Counted from the first letter of the stretch, positions 12,153 to 25,095 are shown. The stretch is DNA of 64,000 nucleotides from an uncultured Nitrososphaeraceae archaeon (GCA_963825865.1 CAWGVG010000013.1:71931-135930); one strand, 5' to 3'. Notes: generated by a model from the sequence alone, not told the origin. A program made the numbers and translations.

Positions 12153-14890
12153 CTATCTGGTGAGTTCTTTTGGGCAGCAGTTCAACGACCAACAGCTTTT
12201 GATTATGCCTCTTTCCTCATTATTTTTGCAGACTGCTATTGCAGATGCTAATGCTCCCAAATATAACCCAAATCCAATCATCAAGTTGCCACTAAAGCCT
12301 ATCACCATAGATGATATTGCAGTCAATACTGTTCCTATTACTGATGCAGTCACGTTTATGCCCCAAAGCAGAGTAACATCCTCCCCTCCTCTGCTACTGC
12401 TACTGCCATACACCACCACCACCACCTAAACTGCCCTCATCGTTAAGTTCCTGCGGTAGATGTGAGGAAGAAGAAGAAGAAGATAGAGTGGAGGAGGAGA
12501 GGGAAGCCATTCTTGTAATGGATGGAAATTGAAATCCCATAAGAATACCTGCAGGTAACAAAAGTCCAAAAGTCAGCGCGAGCTCTTTGTTGCAGCTCCA
12601 AAATTATACCTGAATCTATAATCCTCGGTAGGAAACCATAGTATAGTAGCACTGTTACCGCCAGAAGTGGAATCGATACTACAACTGCTTTGTAGGGATT
12701 TTTTTTGAATAGCCTTCCACTTAGATAAGCGCCTATCCCACTAGAAAGTAGGATTGAAAATAGTATGATTGTTAAGGCCATTATTGGAGTTCCTAGCAAC
12801 AATAGAAATTTTTGAATAAAGGTTATTTCCAAAAATATAAACCCAAGTCCTATGAGTATTACAAAGATGATTTGGAACCGTATACTGATGATGATGAGGA
12901 TGATGATGGAGTATTTAGTCGAATTGTTCTTTTGTTTACCTTTGAATAGTATATTAAAAGCAATGCAAGTACAGCGGACACTCCTAGCGTCGTTTCCAAG
13001 AGCACTATCATCTGATTTGGGATCCGCTCTTTTGCAAAATAGAAAGGAGAATCATCTGTAGGTGGCTTCAACTCTAAAATACTTGTGTTAGGGTCATAGC
13101 TTACTTGTGAATCTTGCTGTTGATTATCATTTGTATTACTAGTAATACTACTATTCGTAGACCTTGGTAGCAACTTGTCATAAGGAGGTTGTGTGTATTC
13201 ACCAGGCATAGAAATGACTTTGGCATCGCTTTTGGCAATTCTCTCTTTTACCAAGTTAAGTTCAGATGAATTGAACGGGCTATTTTTTACCATTACAATG
13301 ACAGGGTATACCGTTCTCTGATCGTTGATCCAAAGGATAAACCAGGACGATCTTCAACTACTAGAATCCGTCTGCTAATGTCTTGATCTTGAATACTTTT
13401 TCCTGCTGTTTCTTGCTCCTCCCGTAACGATTCAATGACAAGAGGCATCAGTCTTGGCAATTCAATATTCCAACGTACACATCACAAGCCTCCCGTTATC
13501 TCCATTCAAGTGATTTAGGTATTCCTTGAATGCTTCTACAGTGTAAAGATAATTTTCTGAAAGTGCGTATCCACCAGCGAGCTGAGCAGCCCATGAGTCT
13601 ACCAACTTTATCACTATAGTATCATATTTTGAATTAGCAGAACTGATAAACCGCCTGCCATCATCAATAAATAATTTGACATCATTGCGATCGTACAGAT
13701 TCCCTGCTGAATTACCGCCAAAATGTTTCGCAGCTGATATTATTAATGGATTTATTTCTACTGCAGTAATGCTCTTTGAACCTCCAGCCAAAGCAACTAA
13801 GATATCCTCTCCGCCTCCGCCACCGATAACAAGAGTCTATTATTTTTTTTTGGTGTCATTGATATTTCATATGGCATATAATCCATGTATTCTTTCAGCC
13901 ATTGAATATCTGCAGTAGAACCATTCCATCGAAGGACAGGAGTATCGGCATCGGCATCGATCGCTATTGCAGCTACAGGATCTAGATCTGCCAGTATCAT
14001 TATTATTGTTATTATTACCTGTGTTATTATGAAAAATCTCTCTTTCTCTTGTGACGTCTATTCTAGAGAAAGAGTTCCATTGAGTTGACAAATGCTCAAA
14101 CATTGAAGGCTTTGCTAGCTGATAATGTAATCCCTTGTTTTGTCCAGGTTGTATTGCTAATATATGATTATAACCCGCTGCTGTATTGGTTACTAATAAT
14201 ATAGCAGAGGCAGAAAGTACAATTATTCCATAAAATTTTATTTTGTTTCCAACTACTAGTGGTGGTGCTGGTGATGGTTGTGGCGCCGGCCGATTTTTTT
14301 TCTGTCGTGAAATTATAGGCAGCAGCAAGAAGAGGAGGGCCAATGACTAATAGACCTATTGAAATTAACACAGATTCTGCGCCCAAATTCCGCATTAGGG
14401 GATCAAGAATCAGCGTGGCTGCGGCTGCACCAACTAAATCAGCAAAATACAGCCTGGTTATTTCTTTTGGCATTGTAAGGTAAATTAGAGCCATTGACAT
14501 TCCTGCAAAAAAGAAAGGAATTGCTGAGGCTAGATAGAATAGATAAATGAAAGATGTGCTCGACGGTATGATGTGTCCTACCACAAACAAGAAGATCGGC
14601 ACTGAAACTGCAAACACAATAGTAGATTGAAGTATTTTTGATGGCAGATTCTCCTCTCTCTTTTTAATTTTATTCTTTAGATTGTATATCAGTAAGGCTC
14701 CGATTCCAAGTCCAAAAAAAGCGACAGAAATTGCCATAAAGGCATAATCATACCACAGGATGATTGAAAAAATTCTAGTAAGTGTAAGCTCAAATAATAA
14801 TACGCATAATGAAAGCATAAAAAGTGTAACTAAAAGAAAGGTCATTAGTCCAAGAGAATGCTGCCAACCTATCTCAACACGAAAATTCAA
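12153..14890 (-). CDS. Polytopic membrane protein with spermidine-synthase-like SAM-binding domain; several frameshifts
   Basis: FELTLTRIFS, LYFADLVGAA, WNSFSRIDV, GGGGG.D, AVEINP, DDGRRF, ENYLYTVEAF, PTDDSPFY, LWGIN across six ORFs. Confidence 0.75.
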
Positions 14891-15102
14891 CTCATATAAA
14901 ATGTTTTCCAGAATAATAAAAATTCAGTATTCCCAGATATATATATAACGAGTGAAACAGAGAGATCTGTGGACGATTCAGTCATTTAGAATAAAGGATG
15001 TGCCTTTATTATAAATTTCCTGCCTAGATAAATTATAGAATATATCTCTATGAAACCTTTATTGGATGGTGGCACCAATTTATATCTCGATTGTTTTAAA
15101 AA

Positions 15103-15753
15103 ATGAAGCAATTGTCCACAACATTTTGTGATATCAAGGCAGATATAAATCCAAAGTCTTGGTTATCAAAATACCGCAGAACTTCAATTGTTTACCTCAT
15201 GAAAATGCTTCTGTTCTATCATGGAATCGGTCTGCTTTTAATGCTCATCGGAACATCCATAGCTGAAAAGGTCATTGTAAATTATAATGATCGATCAATC
15301 CCGCGTTCATCCCTTATTTCAGTATTAGCTGCTGGACCAATCGAGGAAACGGTCTTTTTTGGTATCCCATATTATCTTTTCGGAAACCATTTCCTGGTTT
15401 TGGCAGGTGGGATTGCATGGGCGATGACCCACATTTTAAATACAAATAGACTTGACATTAGCACTCTAGCATATGCAAACTGGTTGTTCGTCATACCTTC
15501 ACTTTTTTTCAGCCTTAGAACCTGGATTAGTGGAAAAGGCTGGTTTGCAATAGTCACTCATTCAATATGGAATGGGATCTTTTTTACTTTAGGTTGTGCG
15601 TCTGGCGAAATTTCATGTATAGCAATTTTTGACGAAAAGAACTTCTTAACCGTAGGAGTAAGTAGCCTTATAGTCTCTTTGCTACTGTCAATTTTAACCT
15701 ATATGCTGTACAAAAGGAAACATGACACGAATGGACAACGGGTTGCCGTTTGA
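15103..15753 (+). CDS. CPBP (CAAX protease-like) intramembrane metalloprotease
   Basis: GPIEETVFFG, WAMTH and HSIWN motifs; multiple TM segments. Confidence 0.7.
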   Translation: MKQLSTTFCDIKADINPKSWLSKYRRTSIVYLMKMLLFYHGIGLLLMLIGTSIAEKVIVNYNDRSIPRSSLISVLAAGPIEETVFFGIPYYLFGNHFLVLAGGIAWAMTHILNTNRLDISTLAYANWLFVIPSLFFSLRTWISGKGWFAIVTHSIWNGIFFTLGCASGEISCIAIFDEKNFLTVGVSSLIVSLLLSILTYMLYKRKHDTNGQRVAV

Positions 15754-15885
15754 AACACTTCTGATTTTTTACTGTATTTTGTAAATTGGAAAAAGTAAAC
15801 GCTGCCGAAAATGTTTATGAGCTCGAAGAAAGAAAGAAAAATACATGATAGAATTCAGAAATAGGGCAGAAAGTTTTATTTTATT

Positions 15886-16513
15886 TTATTTTATTAGATG
15901 AAAATCCATATGTGTCCCTATCTCAACATTATGCTTCTGGGAAAATCCTGCTACTGTTTCAAGTATATAGAGCGCATCTTTATCAGGGGTAAATAAGGGA
16001 CAGTGAAGATCAGACACACATGGTTGCAGATTGTGTTCAATATGAATAACTGTTCGATTACTATCCAACCAAATAATGTCGATTGGGAATTTCATACCTC
16101 TCATCCAAAAATCATATTTTGCAGGTTGCTTTTCAACAAATAGCATTCCCTCGTTTTCCTTCAACTGGTCCTTAACGTCAAGGCCTTTAACCTGTTGATC
16201 ATTTGTAATAGCCAAATCTGCAATCAGCTCAAAGTTATTTACTGTGATCTTTGACTGCAAATATCTGTCGGCTGGTATTTGTGCTTCATTCAAATGAAAA
16301 TCATTTTCGGATTTTTCAAATGGAAACGTTGTTGTTGTACTCTTATTATCTGCTATTTGGGCTACAGCTAGTTGTTGCTGTTGTTGTTGTTGTTGTTGTT
16401 GGTAATGGCTGTCTGTCGTTGTATGGTAGTGTAGAAAAAGTAGTAAAGCCGATTGCAAATAACAATACTAATGTTGTCATCAATCCAAACAATAACAATT
16501 TTTCGTTTTGCAC
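15886..16513 (-). CDS. DUF192 domain protein with N-terminal TM and poly-Gln; frameshift near 16420
   Basis: GL..L.ENEGMLF, FWMRGMKFPIDIIWLD, YILET.AG. Confidence 0.8.
16371..16400. repeat. (CAA)n/CAG trinucleotide run encoding poly-Gln
   Basis: gttgttgctgttgttgttgttgttgttgtt on the + strand. Confidence 0.8.
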
Positions 16514-16748
16514 TATAGAAATTTATGCGGCAATATAGATAATAAAAACTATCTTAAAGCATTTTCAACTACTTTTTAACCGTACTCCTTCAACTAAATG
16601 GATAACTTCTTTCCGCATGAATCATACATTCTGTACATCCGATGATTATCAACTAGCTATGTTTTCTTATAAATTTCTTTCTGCAACGGCACACATCTAT
16701 CCTTAATGATATCACTTATTTTGATATTTTGGAATACTATTAAACCTC

Positions 16749-18735
16749 TTATTCGCTTTTTTTTTCTATCTGTTGATACGTATTTGTTGTTGTGAAATTA
16801 GCTGACATCAACAGCTCTTCTAACTTTTTCTTTAAGGTTGAATTGATTTTCTGGCCATCTATTTTGCCTCTGAGAAGAGACATACTTCTACCCATCAACA
16901 TGCCAAGTGAGGCGATTCCCTTCGCTTTAATTACTGGCATGTTTTCTTCTAAAACTTTGTCAATTGTCCTTTCCATCTCCTGATCACTTATCGGTTTTAT
17001 TCCAAGTCCTTCGATAGCTTGGTCTATTGTTCTAGACTCTTTTCTTATTATTTTTTCGAAAATCAATACGATAGATTCCTTTGCTATCGTACCGCCATCA
17101 AACCTTCTAAAAACATCTATAATTATTTCGTCAGTTAACACCGTAGTATCAAGTCCTTGCCTCTCTAAGTTAACGAGATCTTCTGTAAGTTTCGATACTA
17201 TAAAAGTAGGTTGTACTTTTGTCAAACCTGCGATTTCTTCAAATATGCTAAGATAATTAGAATCAAAAATCTTCTCTGCATGCTTTCTATTCAAGCTGTA
17301 TTTTCTGGCAAGTGTATTTATGTTCTCATCCCATGATTTTGGTATTTTACCAATTAGTGAATCAAGTATGGAATTATCGATTTGAATCGGTAGAATGTCC
17401 GTCTCCGGGTACATCCTGGCTGCACCAGGTCTTGGTCTGCTAAAAATAGTCTTACCATCTAGAGTTGCAGAACGTGTTTCAGAAGGAACACCATTCAAGG
17501 CCATTTTTAATCTTCGAATTATAGACTCGACTGCAAATTCCACCTTTTCTCTTGCACCGCCTATAATCACGAAAGCATCGGCATCATGATCCATTTCTAA
17601 TCTCTTACTAATTGCAATAACCTCTTCCTCTGTGATGCCATAATTTGGTAGCTCATCAGAATGAAATATCCCACCAAGACCGTAGAATCTAACTAATTCA
17701 GCGAGTTGCTTGCCTATTCTAACGTCAGGATATGGCTCAAATCTGATCATGCCAGCAAAACCTTTTACTCTAATTGCCTTGAAAACACCATTACTATCAT
17801 CTTCTTCTTCTTCAGCACAAGCAAGCGACTGTTTCACTATTTTAGAGGAGGAATTTCTTAAGATATCAGTTACATCTTCAATTCTGTCTCCAACCTCAAT
17901 TTCGTTAAGTCTCCTTTCCTTTTTGAGCTTTTGAGCAATTAGAATCAAACCATGCTGTCTGAGCATTTCATATTTAATCACTCTTATTAGTTGATCTAAC
18001 TGCTGTACACCTTTTACCTCAACAATGCCACCATCATTGACTGAAATGTTGACATCCTGTCTGATACTGCCCAATCCTCTTGTGACTCTTTTACTGGACC
18101 GTAGCAGCCTTCCCATACTAAGTGCAACTTGCATCAGTTCTTCAGGACTCCCTGTTATTGGCTCAAGAGCGATTTCGAGAAGCGGTACTCCTAATCTATC
18201 AAGCCCATACTCTCGAATGATACCATCATCTGAGAGCAGTTTTGCGGCATCTTCTTCCAGACAAATACTCTGCACTTTAATATTTTCACCGTTAACGTCA
18301 ATATATCCACCATGTGCAACTAACATCGTGCGTTGAAACCCAGTCGTATTTGAACCATCGATTACAATTTTGCGCATGGTGTGTATTTCATCTTCGACCT
18401 TAGAATGAAGTGCAAGTGAAAATATTAATGCAGTTTCAAGAGCTTCTTTATTCAACTCCTGAGGCGGCTTTTCATCTGCTTCTACTAGGCAACTTGAGCC
18501 TTCAGACGCATGATATTTTATTGTACGCATTTTTTTAAATTCAAAGAGCGGCAGCAGGGTCGTAAGCACCAAGTTCGCTGTGCGTTGGTCGTAACTTACG
18601 TATAAATATCGTTTCATAATTTCTACTCTCTTCGCATCTGCAATTACAGAACAGCTTACTTTTAGTAGATAGTTGCTGGTGAATTTCAAAACCAACTTTC
18701 AATTTAATGGCTTCTGGATCGATTGTCACTGTCAA
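16749..18735 (-). CDS. gatE: Glu-tRNA(Gln) amidotransferase subunit E; frameshift near 18550
   Basis: KVGFEIHQQL, KLFC.C, MRKIVIDGSNTTGFQRT, GLGSIRQDVN, RPRPGAARMYPETD. Confidence 0.95.
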
Positions 18736-18794
18736 TAATTCAAAAGTGAGTGAAAGATCTTTTAAGCCTTCCTTTCTTTGATTAAGAAATATCA

Positions 18795-20262
18795 TCATGA
18801 AATAGGAATTACCGAAGATATTTCATTAGCAATATTTTCTTGCATAATTTTCTTTGCAGATTCCGTGTCCTTGCTGTTTGCAAGCACCCACATCGCTTTT
18901 ACAATAGCGGTCTCTGTTAGCATATCGGATAACGGTATTACGCCAATGTTAAGCAGATCTCTGCCTGTATCATATACTGTCATCTTTACTTTTCCCCATA
19001 CACATTGAGATGTCATAAAGACCATTAACCCAGATTCTATAGCTTTTTGTATTTGCGGAAAAGATTCTTTGCTTATATGTCCAAGACCTGTTCCTTCAAG
19101 GATAATTACTTTGTAGCCTGCATCTACTGCCGCATACTTTATCAAGTCAGGATCAAATCCGGGATGATATTTTTAGCAAGATAACTTTGCTGTCATAATC
19201 TGGTTTAACCACAAAATTATTATTATCGCCACTACCATTCCTTCGTTTTTGTAATTTTATTTCACATTGTTGCATTTCTACAATATCGTCTTTGATCAGT
19301 GCAACAGGCACCACATCTATTGACTCAAAGGCATCACGTCTGCTAGTATGATTTTTTCTTACTCTAGTGCCTACATGGCAAGCAATGACATCGTCAGAAG
19401 AGCTGGCATGCATTGCAACAAACACACCAGAGTAATTAGACTTTATAGCAAATACTATACCGCCAATGAGGTTCAACGCCGCATCAGATGAAGGCCTATC
19501 AGAGGATCTCTGTGCCCCTACCAGTACAACAGGTATAGGAAGATTTTGTAGAGCGAAACTGAGAGCTGATGCAGTGTAATGCATAGTGTCAGTTCCATGT
19601 GAAATAATGATTCCCTGATACCTACCTGACTTTACCTTTTCGGCTACCTTATTAGCAATCAAAGACCAGTGTTCAGGCTTTAGATTTTCGCTATATTCGT
19701 TTAACAATACCTCCGTATCGACTGAAGCATAGTTTCCGAGTTCGGGAATAGAAGCATATAGATCAGATGCAGAAAGAGCTGCGTGAACACCTCCTGTTCT
19801 ATAGTCCACTTTACTTGCAATGGTGCCCCCGGTACTAATGAGTGCAATTTTTGAAACTAATTTACCCTCTTCCTCTTCTTGCTGCTGTCCTTGTCCTCCT
19901 ACTTCTGCTCTTTTAATTGAGGCTTCAGGAATAGATGATGATGATGGTGGTAGAGATGATGGCATAGCAGAAACATTTTGATTTGATTCTTGCATAATTT
20001 TGGTTATAGATTCGATCTTAGTTAATTCAACTCCTATGTTATATCCACTCTTCAATTTAATAACAAGGTGATTTTGATCAGCTGATTCGTAGCGTGGCAT
20101 TAAGATGCCCGTAAATTGATTACCAGAGATGTTTAGCTTGAGCGTATCCCCTAGAGAGATACCCAATTGAGTGAGCAATCTCAAGCTCTTTCCTTTATAA
20201 CTACTAGTAATACTCTTTTTTTCCTCTATCGTCAAGGTAGTATGTTTTAGTGGATATAGCAT
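18795..20262 (-). CDS. gatD: Glu-tRNA(Gln) amidotransferase subunit D; frameshift near 19160
   Basis: KLKSGYNIG, STGGTIASKVDYRTG, HGTDTM, GAQRSSDRPSSDA, GTGLGH. Confidence 0.95.
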
Positions 20263-20564
20263 CTGTGTTTTATATATATTAAGAAAGCAAGCTGCAGGAG
20301 CACAATCTATTAAACTTCATATGTCTCAAGAAGGAAAAGAATCAAGCAAGCATAATATAGGCCATATTAGAAGTTAAAGAAAGATAATTTAAGGATTCTC
20401 GCGATATTCATCCAATGTGATAGAGTTTCAGCACCCTATATCCAAAAGAATACCAATTTTATTATTAGAGTTAAAAAGTTCTCTCTGGGCAAGAAAATTA
20501 ATAGATTTCAAGAAAGACAACTCATTCTCTTATCTCATAGATAACAAGATTCCTTAATTATGAT

Positions 20565-21125
20565 GTGCATAAATATTTCATCATCGCATTATTGTATAGG
20601 GGACTATTTATAGGAAGATTTCAACCCTTCCATCTTGGACATCTTGCCACTGTCAAGTTTGCACTCAAAAATGTTGAAGAACTCGTGATTATAATAGGAA
20701 GTGCACAGAAAAGTCACGAAATAAGGAACCCATTTACTGCAGGAGAACGTATTCAAATGATCAAAGATTCTCTAAATACAAAGAGTGAAATCGATACAAA
20801 AAGGGTACTTATGATACCGGTCCAAGATGTGGATGTGCATTCTCTTTGGACACACTTTGTGGACATCTTGGTCCCAAAATATAAAATGGTGTTTACGAAC
20901 GATTTCTTCACTTGTCTTCTCTTTCAAGAAAGGGGCATAAAGGTTGTCGAGCCACCGTTACATAAAAGAAAAGAATTATCTGGTACAAAAATTAGGTATA
21001 GCATGGCAAATGATAGAGATTGGAAGAAGCTTGTAACCCAGGAGACTGCCAAAGTTGTAGAGGATATCCATGGTATAGAGAGAATCAAGGCAATTTTTGC
21101 AAAGAATGTAGAAATGAACCATTGA
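20565..21125 (+). CDS. nadM: Nicotinamide-nucleotide adenylyltransferase
   Basis: GRFQPFHLGH, GSAQ, NPFTAGER, SGTKIR. Confidence 0.9.
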   Translation: MHKYFIIALLYRGLFIGRFQPFHLGHLATVKFALKNVEELVIIIGSAQKSHEIRNPFTAGERIQMIKDSLNTKSEIDTKRVLMIPVQDVDVHSLWTHFVDILVPKYKMVFTNDFFTCLLFQERGIKVVEPPLHKRKELSGTKIRYSMANDRDWKKLVTQETAKVVEDIHGIERIKAIFAKNVEMNH

Positions 21126-21312
21126 TTTTTAACAATCCATTATTATATTGATATTAAAAAAATCCTCCTTTCTATTTCACCACAAGCAATGCGCATTGGT
21201 ATTCAAATATTATATTTGCAGTAGAGAAAATTTTGCAACAAATAGATATGCACGATAAGAAACATTTTTTTCTTATGGATCATGATGAGAAAAACGCATA
21301 GAACTCGTTTTA

Positions 21313-21525
21313 TTACCTATGTGATCTAACTCTATTTTTCCGCTTATTCAATTTCAGTAGTATTATTCCTGCAAATCCCCATAGCATTACGGCAAAAAAT
21401 GTTTGTTGAAAGAACCAGGCAATACCGCCTCCTACCGCAAAAAACATACCTAAGAGCCCAATAGCCTGTCTGTTTCCGACCAATCCAATTACTAATCTAA
21501 TGGCTTAGGTATAAGAAGTTCATTA
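21313..21525 (-). CDS. Small hydrophobic membrane protein (start uncertain)
   Basis: Manual translation LVIGLVGNRQAIGLLGMFFAVGGGIAWFFQQTFFAVMLWGFAGIILLKLNKRK..*. Confidence 0.35.
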
Positions 21526-21870
21526 ATAATGAAAAATAATCATAGCAGTTAATTTCAGTCATGTCCCACACAATCCTAATTTTGAATAACGTTCTGAAAG
21601 AGAAATTCAAACGGCTTGCATTTTGATGATATATATATAATTTTAGCCTTTGGATGACAAAGAAAATGCTGCTGCCTATAAAAAGAAATGCGATTTCTAG
21701 CTGCCATGGTATCTGCAAAATGAGTCTAAAATTGAAAAGGCAAGTACAATCTCTAAAACTAAAAATACAGCTAACAAGGGAATATGAAGGACGGGTTTGA
21801 ATTATATTGTGAACTTTTTTTACAAGTATCTAGTAATTTGGATAATTGTGCTGTTACTCTGGTTACATTG

Positions 21871-22641
21871 TTAGAGATATGCAACAACAAATAGAACCAT
21901 AGTAACAGCCATAGTACATCCCCATGCTATCTTATTCCATTCGAAGATCTTTTGTCCATCTAATGTTCCAAATGGCAACAGGTTAAACATCGCTATCCAT
22001 GCATTAAATGATGCTCCTGAGTACAAATACGAATGATATGGGTATAGATAAGTAGATGTTAGAAATGCAAATCCCATTACCAGATTAGTTAATGGTCCTA
22101 TCAAAGCAACTCTTCCAAACTTGTTTCTATCATATAACCCAACCATAACTGCACCGGGTGCTATAAATTTGAATGGCATAAATGGAACAGCAGAAATGGC
22201 AGTAACCATGAGCCCATACATTTGGGCACGAAACTCCGCCCAACTGCCATAGTATTGTGCTAAAAACTTGTGAGCGAATTCATGAATAAGGAAAGCGCTA
22301 ATGAATATAGCAAGAAACTGCCATGAAACATGTCTATAAGAGTTGAACGAGAGCCCTACAGCAGTAACAAGAAGTGTAGCAATAGATAGATGTAATAGTT
22401 CTGTTTTTGAACTTTTTATCTTTATTGCTCTAAGTAATGATCTCAAAAGGTCATTACTAATAGGTGGTGATACAGAGCTACTATGATTGCCTTGAATCAT
22501 AAGTCTTCTTTTTTCTGCATACTTGTCCATAAACCGACACGAATGATTTATTGGAATTCTATGAAGATGACAAAAATATTCTCCACAATAACTGCATTTA
22601 AATGGAATGGTTTCTTCAAAACTACAGACGTGACATTTCAT
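21871..22641 (-). CDS. AN1-type zinc finger fused to M50 (site-2) intramembrane metalloprotease
   Basis: CxxC..PFKCSYCGEYFCHLHR.P.NHSC; HEFAH; NLLPFGTLDG. Confidence 0.85.
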   Translation of the reverse strand: MKCHVCSFEETIPFKCSYCGEYFCHLHRIPINHSCRFMDKYAEKRRLMIQGNHSSSVSPPISNDLLRSLLRAIKIKSSKTELLHLSIATLLVTAVGLSFNSYRHVSWQFLAIFISAFLIHEFAHKFLAQYYGSWAEFRAQMYGLMVTAISAVPFMPFKFIAPGAVMVGLYDRNKFGRVALIGPLTNLVMGFAFLTSTYLYPYHSYLYSGASFNAWIAMFNLLPFGTLDGQKIFEWNKIAWGCTMAVTMVLFVVAYL

Positions 22642-23340
22642 TGTTGATTGATTTCACCTTTTAGTTTTCCATCCCTTATCTATTATATTATGGCCAGCGG
22701 GGAATAATGATAATACAATCGCAGAATTCGATAAACATAAAATTTTTGCATATACATTAGATCCTTCTTTTCTCTTATCTTAATCTTTCTTCTGGCTTGT
22801 TTTTATCTCCTTGTTTTGCTTTTTTATGAGCATTATGGTGGGTTATTATAACTAATTAAAACAGCCTGTGTAGCAAATCTGCTATACTATTACTTATTTC
22901 TTTAGAAAAATGTGTTCGCATTAATATCGTAGCAGAGTAATACAACCTATCTCCTTTCGAGCTTGCATCCACGTAGGTTACTTTAAGGACTGGCATCGTT
23001 GATCTTCAAAGGAATTTATATCCATATCAGGCCGTAGTATCAGGTCGTTTTTCATCGATATTCAAAGGCTCAACTAACGCCGGAGATAGCATCAAAGATT
23101 TAAGGATAAGGGAAAAACGAGAAATATGCTAAATAATATTGGATTTGGATTACTATCACAACAGACATTTGCTTTTGTCCTGAGCTAATGTTAAGGAGAG
23201 CAGATCTTTTTGTAATACTCTTGATTATCCGAAAAACAAGGTGATTAATAGCAACGTTTCTTTGATGCCTGGATATTGTTCTTTTATGAATCACAGCATA
23301 TTTTGCGATCGATACAAAGATTAACCTTAAATGCCATTTA

Positions 23341-23679
23341 TTAAGAAACGGTAGTAGTTTTTTCTTGAATAGAAATTGGTTTTGCTTCATTTTGAGTGTT
23401 CCGGACTTGTGCTATCTGTAAAACAAATTTTTCCAATAATAACACTGCCTGAAGATCAGTATTCAGTCTATACATGTTTGTTTTGCCTATTTTTCTACTA
23501 TGATATATAAGATGATCGATCTCGAGGTTTGGAATCTCTCTAAAAACTGTTCTAAAATGTAATCCGGTCTTCTGTGCTATCTCTGCGGGAGAGTAGTCGA
23601 ATTCCTTGTGATCGAGGAAAAAGTCCAGTATCTGAGGCAGCAGCTCGCGAAGCAAAAATATCCGATAGGATGCCACCAT
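23341..23679 (-). CDS. Winged-helix transcriptional regulator
   Basis: ILDFFLD..YSPAEIAQKTGLHFRTVFREIPNL..RKIGKTNMYRLN. Confidence 0.75.
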   Translation of the reverse strand: MVASYRIFLLRELLPQILDFFLDHKEFDYSPAEIAQKTGLHFRTVFREIPNLEIDHLIYHSRKIGKTNMYRLNTDLQAVLLLEKFVLQIAQVRNTQNEAKPISIQEKTTTVS

Positions 23680-23851
23680 CAGAATTTAATTGGTTGTTGA
23701 TAATCTCGGAAGACACATAATAACTGATATGTAGTCATATTTGTCCCTTTCTATTGAATAACTTATCATAATGACTGTAATACAGGAACTATAACGGCTT
23801 GATTATGAAATTCAATAAATAATTAAATAACACTTATGTATACATAGTTTT

Positions 23852-24472
23852 GTGAACAGCTTTGAGATTGCCATTATGCGAATAATTATCAAAAAGCAGA
23901 AGCCAGTCCCAATATCCTGTATAATAGAAGGATTTCCTAATAATTCTGAGGATTTTGTTTTAGAAGCAATACGTAATTTGTTTAAGTTGGGTTATGTTTT
24001 ATACCCATATAATGAGAATGATTATATAACCAGTAACAAAGAGAAAAGAAAAGAAATACTAAGGATTATAGATCCGTTACCTCAGTTACAAATTGAAAGA
24101 GAAGAATTATCAACACATAAAGCAGAGAGCAATGTTGAGACTTCCATAAACAAGAGAAAGAATGATGATAAGCGACATTATTATACATATGCAAAACAGC
24201 TGGCAGTAGGTACAATTGCTTTGGTCATATGCGTATTAATTTTTGGAATTGTAAGCATATTTAGCACTGCTGTAATAACTGAGGATGTTTATCAAAATTT
24301 TAAAGTATCAGGTAACTATAATATTAATAAAATTAACCATTTCTCAGATTCCTATGGTATAGGTATGCTTGACAACACAACAAAAAATCATGGTCTTTAT
24401 TACTCGCCATATTTCAAAACAGGAGGATCCGATAATGTCAACTTTTTCCCTCAAACGAGCTCCTGTGTATAA
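23852..24472 (+). CDS. Hypothetical protein: wHTH-like N-terminus, single TM helix, polar C-terminus
   Basis: 206 aa ORF; V.EAIRNLFKLGYV motif; hydrophobic LAVGTIALVICVLIFGIVSIFSTAVI. Confidence 0.55.
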   Translation: MNSFEIAIMRIIIKKQKPVPISCIIEGFPNNSEDFVLEAIRNLFKLGYVLYPYNENDYITSNKEKRKEILRIIDPLPQLQIEREELSTHKAESNVETSINKRKNDDKRHYYTYAKQLAVGTIALVICVLIFGIVSIFSTAVITEDVYQNFKVSGNYNINKINHFSDSYGIGMLDNTTKNHGLYYSPYFKTGGSDNVNFFPQTSSCV

Positions 24473-24654
24473 ACTTACTCAGGTATGTTTCTATATGTTT
24501 AATAACATCGTAAGTTATTGTCAGTAATCTACAAGTGTGCAGTTGTGTTTGGAGAATGAGAAAAATGTCTTCATATATATAGATAGTATATTTTTACTAG
24601 GTACCGTTCAGAATCTTTAGCGGTATTTAAAAGAGAAAATGTATTTTTATCTGT

Positions 24655-25095
24655 TTGACTATAATTATAATGCATTTGTTATTTCAAAATAACATCAAAA
24701 AAGACAGAACGGATGATATTGACGAGGACACAGCATCCATAATAAAATTTGCTGAAGAACTATGGTTCATTGACTTACAAAAGCTATCAAATGACGAGCT
24801 AATGCGTATGTACAATACTATCACCACTGATAGATATGAATTTGCAAAAAATGCCTGGTATATTCCACTAGCTGGAGATAAGAGATGTCCTATTATGGTA
24901 GCCAAAGGGTATGAAGCTCCTATGACGCCTGAGAAAATGGTGGAATTCCAGGATATGGCAAAAATTCTAGAACAAGAATATAAAAGGTTCATAGACGCAT
25001 GGGATTTTGGATATATCACAAAACGTATCATTGAAAAGGCTATTTTGGCTATCCTTGAATTAAGAAGTATTGTGATCATTGAGCGCATGAGCTGA
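24655..25095 (+). CDS. Hypothetical protein
   Basis: 146 aa ORF with soluble protein-like composition. Confidence 0.5.
   Translation: MTIIIMHLLFQNNIKKDRTDDIDEDTASIIKFAEELWFIDLQKLSNDELMRMYNTITTDRYEFAKNAWYIPLAGDKRCPIMVAKGYEAPMTPEKMVEFQDMAKILEQEYKRFIDAWDFGYITKRIIEKAILAILELRSIVIIERMS

Noticed and set aside
16749-20262. Programmed frameshifting or pseudogenisation of gatD/gatE
   Set aside because: Indels are window-wide with no shared slippery motif; sequencing error is simpler
22900-23390. Possible frameshifted gene downstream of the wHTH regulator
   Set aside because: No recognisable motif or consistent frame
24684-25088. Antisense ORF (and many similar shadow ORFs, e.g. 5012-5385, 17710-18336, 37700-38071, 57547-57931)
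   Set aside because: Overlap better-supported genes on the opposite strand and have no motifs
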